Assembly: GCA_007122875.1 (NCBI GenBank) | Contig: SKSS01000101.1 | Location: forward strand, 1-37,580 | DNA from: Salinarchaeum sp. | GTDB taxonomy: Archaea; Halobacteriota; Halobacteria; Halobacteriales; QS-1-68-20 | Direction of reading: 5' to 3' | Length of the DNA stretch: 37,580 nt | In this document: piece by piece, positions 35,080-37,580 of the stretch | Numbering within the stretch: position 1 is the first letter of the stretch | Layout of the letters: every line of letters begins with the position of its first letter | Translations under genes and position numbers: made by a program | Notes under the pieces: generated by a model | What the model was told of the DNA's origin: nothing | What the model saw: the letters and a program-made list of their open reading frames with translations, nothing else | Databases searched by the model: none

Positions 35080-36384
35080 TCAGTCATCACCCGGCTGTCC
35101 GCCGACGGGAACCGTCACCCCGTCACGATAGCGGACGACGATCACGGCGGTGAGCAGCGCCGACAGCAGTGCCACCGCGCCCACGCTCGCGAACGCGACC
35201 TCGAATCCCGCGGTCTCGATGATCGCGCCGAACAGCGGCGGGGCGATCGTGTTGCCGACCATGATCCCGATCGTGACGATGGCGAAGTTCCGTCCAAGAT
35301 CCGCCCGTGCCGAGAGCACGTCCGCTAACTTGTCCTTCGCTGGCGTTCCGAGGCTGCCGACGCTCCCGGCCAGCACCGCGGCGACGACGGCGGCCAGTGG
35401 CCCGAGCGCGAACGACGCCAGCGCCAGTACGAACACCGTCACCAGCAGATACGCCCCCGTGAGGATCGGTCCGGGGGTGAACCGATCCGCGAGGTCGCCA
35501 CCGACGAGGATGAACGCCGCCCCCGTCACGAACATCGCGGTCAGCGTCAAACTCGCCGTCCCCGACGCCACGCCGTAGCCCTCCTCCAGCAACACGACGA
35601 CGTAGGAGGTCACGCCCCAGTGAGCCGTCGAGGCGACCATCGCGAGGACGCCGAGCGCGAGGATCGCAGGTGTTTCCAGAATCTCCCGCCCGCCCGAGAC
35701 GAACCGGGTTCGCCAACCCGCAACCAGTGACTCCGACGTGCCGTCCGCGGTCGCAGGCGTCCGCTCGGAGACGTTCGGACGAGTGACATCGTTGCTCACC
35801 CGTCGGGCGAGCACGACGCACGCAACGAGACCGTAGAGCGCGCCGACGACCGCGATCAGCCCGAACGCGTGCCGCCACCCGAGTCCTGGGAGCGCCATCA
35901 CGCCGACGATCACGACCGGCGGTGCGGCAAACCCGAGGTTCCCGGCGAAGCCATGGACGCTGAACGCACGACCGCGGTGGGCTTCCGGCGTCGCGTCGGC
36001 GAGCAGTGAGTAGTGTGACGGGTGGTGGCCCGCGATTCCGATCCCGAGGATCGCCTGCCCGACGAGCAGCCACTCGAACGTCGGTGCCAACGCCAGAATC
36101 GCCGTTCCGAGCGCGCCGAGACCGAGGCACAGACCGAGGGTGAGCGTTCGGTCGTAGTTGTCCGCGAGGTAGCCATAGGGAAGCTGAAACGCGGTGTTGA
36201 CGAACGCCTGGACGCCCATCGCCACGCCGAGGGCGGCGAGGCTCACCTCGAACTCCGCCGCCAGGATCGCCATGATCGGCGGGAACAGCACGAGGTACAT
36301 GTGGTTGATCACGTGCGAGCCGCTGATCAGCCCGACCACCAGCGCCGTCTCGCGTGGGATTCCCTCCGGCAGTACCCGTGCCAT
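35080..36384 (-). CDS. MFS transporter
   Basis: SHVINHMY, QLPYGYLADNYDR motif A, GHHP, RGRAFSVHG, GDLADRF. Confidence 0.9.
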   Translation of the reverse strand: MARVLPEGIPRETALVVGLISGSHVINHMYLVLFPPIMAILAAEFEVSLAALGVAMGVQAFVNTAFQLPYGYLADNYDRTLTLGLCLGLGALGTAILALAPTFEWLLVGQAILGIGIAGHHPSHYSLLADATPEAHRGRAFSVHGFAGNLGFAAPPVVIVGVMALPGLGWRHAFGLIAVVGALYGLVACVVLARRVSNDVTRPNVSERTPATADGTSESLVAGWRTRFVSGGREILETPAILALGVLAMVASTAHWGVTSYVVVLLEEGYGVASGTASLTLTAMFVTGAAFILVGGDLADRFTPGPILTGAYLLVTVFVLALASFALGPLAAVVAAVLAGSVGSLGTPAKDKLADVLSARADLGRNFAIVTIGIMVGNTIAPPLFGAIIETAGFEVAFASVGAVALLSALLTAVIVVRYRDGVTVPVGGQPGDD

Positions 36385-36501
36385 CGACAGTCGGGCGGAT
36401 GCCCCCAGCCCGTAAAACGGTGTCCGATGCGGCAGGGGTACGAGGACCATTCGATCACCGCCAACCGACCGTTTTTCCGCTCTCGGGCTGACTCCCCGAT
36501 C

Positions 36502-37431
36502 ATGACCGAAACCGTCCTCATCACCGGCGGAACTGGATTCATCGGCTCACACCTCGCCGCCCAACTCGTCGACCGCGGTCACGAGGTCGTCGCGTTTGAC
36601 CGCGATGGCGACACGAAACTGCTCGACCGCCTCGGAGTCGCGGACGACGTATCGATCCGAACGGGCGACGTGAGCGATCCGACCGACGTCTTTCGAGCCG
36701 TCGCACGCTCGGGGGCGACGCGAATCGTCCACCTCGCGGCGCTCCTGTCGGCGTCCAACGTGGAGCTTCCGACCCGAACGGCAGTCAACGTCGACGGCGC
36801 GGGAACCGTCCTCGAAGCGGCTCGGATCCTCGATGACCGAGTCGATCGCGTCGTGCTCGCCTCCAGCGAGACGGTGTACGCGCCTGATTCGGCGTATCCA
36901 CACGACGAGGTTCCCGAAGATGTTACCCTCCAGCCGGAGAGTCCCTACGCCGCCGCGAAACTCTACGCCGAACGGCTCGCGTACGCGTACGCCGACGAAC
37001 ACGGGCTCTCGACCGCGGTGATCCGACCGACCGGGGTGTTCGGGGCGGGTGGACACGGCATCGAGTTCTCCGACCTGTTCGAACGGGCGGCCCGCGGGGA
37101 ACCGGTTCGAGTGGGTCCGGCCGACGGGACGATTAGCTGGCTGTACGTCCGGGACGCTGCGAGCGCATTCGCGGCCCTCGCGCTCGCGGACGAGGGCGAC
37201 CTCTCACAGCGCGTCTACAACGTCCGGGGCGAGTACGCGACGGTGGCCGAGGTCGCCGAAACCGTCCGTTCGGCCACGGACGCGCCGATCACCGTCGAGG
37301 ACGGTGATCCGCTGGAGTGGTCTGCACAGCGGACGGATGTCTCGGCCGCACGGCGTGACCTCGGTTACGAGATCGAGTGGCCGATCGAACGATTCGTGCC
37401 GGAGTATATCGAACACGAACGATCGTGGTGA
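36502..37431 (+). CDS. NAD-dependent epimerase/dehydratase (extended SDR)
   Basis: ITGGTGFIG, IVHLAA, ASSETVY, YAAAK. Confidence 0.92.
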   Translation: MTETVLITGGTGFIGSHLAAQLVDRGHEVVAFDRDGDTKLLDRLGVADDVSIRTGDVSDPTDVFRAVARSGATRIVHLAALLSASNVELPTRTAVNVDGAGTVLEAARILDDRVDRVVLASSETVYAPDSAYPHDEVPEDVTLQPESPYAAAKLYAERLAYAYADEHGLSTAVIRPTGVFGAGGHGIEFSDLFERAARGEPVRVGPADGTISWLYVRDAASAFAALALADEGDLSQRVYNVRGEYATVAEVAETVRSATDAPITVEDGDPLEWSAQRTDVSAARRDLGYEIEWPIERFVPEYIEHERSW

Positions 37432-37580
37432 GCGAGCGACTGTCGAGCGGTCCACGTCCGCCGAAACCAGCCGTGAGTTGTCCGACGACCAGCCGTAGCC
37501 AAACGCCACGCTACACGACAGAATAGCTATTCCCTGCGATGACTTACTGCACATATGTTAGCAAACAGCACAGACTCGCC

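Overview
High-GC haloarchaeal (Halobacteria-type) chromosomal segment with acidic proteins, mostly leaderless genes and an archaeal RNase P RNA. Core and metabolic genes include dipeptide/oligopeptide ABC ATPases, M14 and M20 hydrolases, ilvD, a beta-RFAP synthase-family gene, transcription factor S, pyrC, an LplA-family ligase, a trans-sulfuration enzyme, pncA/pncB, AMMECR1, rnpB, a CadA-type ATPase, two MFS transporters and an SDR epimerase. Accessory features are more interesting. (1) A two-gene unit outside any prophage encodes a tiny Tat lipoprotein ending in three YG repeats and a signal-less tail-fibre-like protein with 52-aa repeats and a peptidase S74 self-cleaving chaperone; this is a candidate domesticated viral fibre display system. 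(2) A divergent bacterial-type ProRS lies behind a long leader with a leaderless uORF, a 30-bp tandem repeat and a hairpin-sequestered SD. (3) A 908-aa Tat protein has seven beta-rich domains in ABC-ABC-A order. (4) An AT-rich 3' end of tfs suggests an integration scar. (5) There are also an M23-like protein, a UPF0175/PIN toxin-antitoxin pair, twin surface zincins and a 3x25-bp palindromic tandem repeat. All family calls come from motif recognition by eye; no database searches were run.
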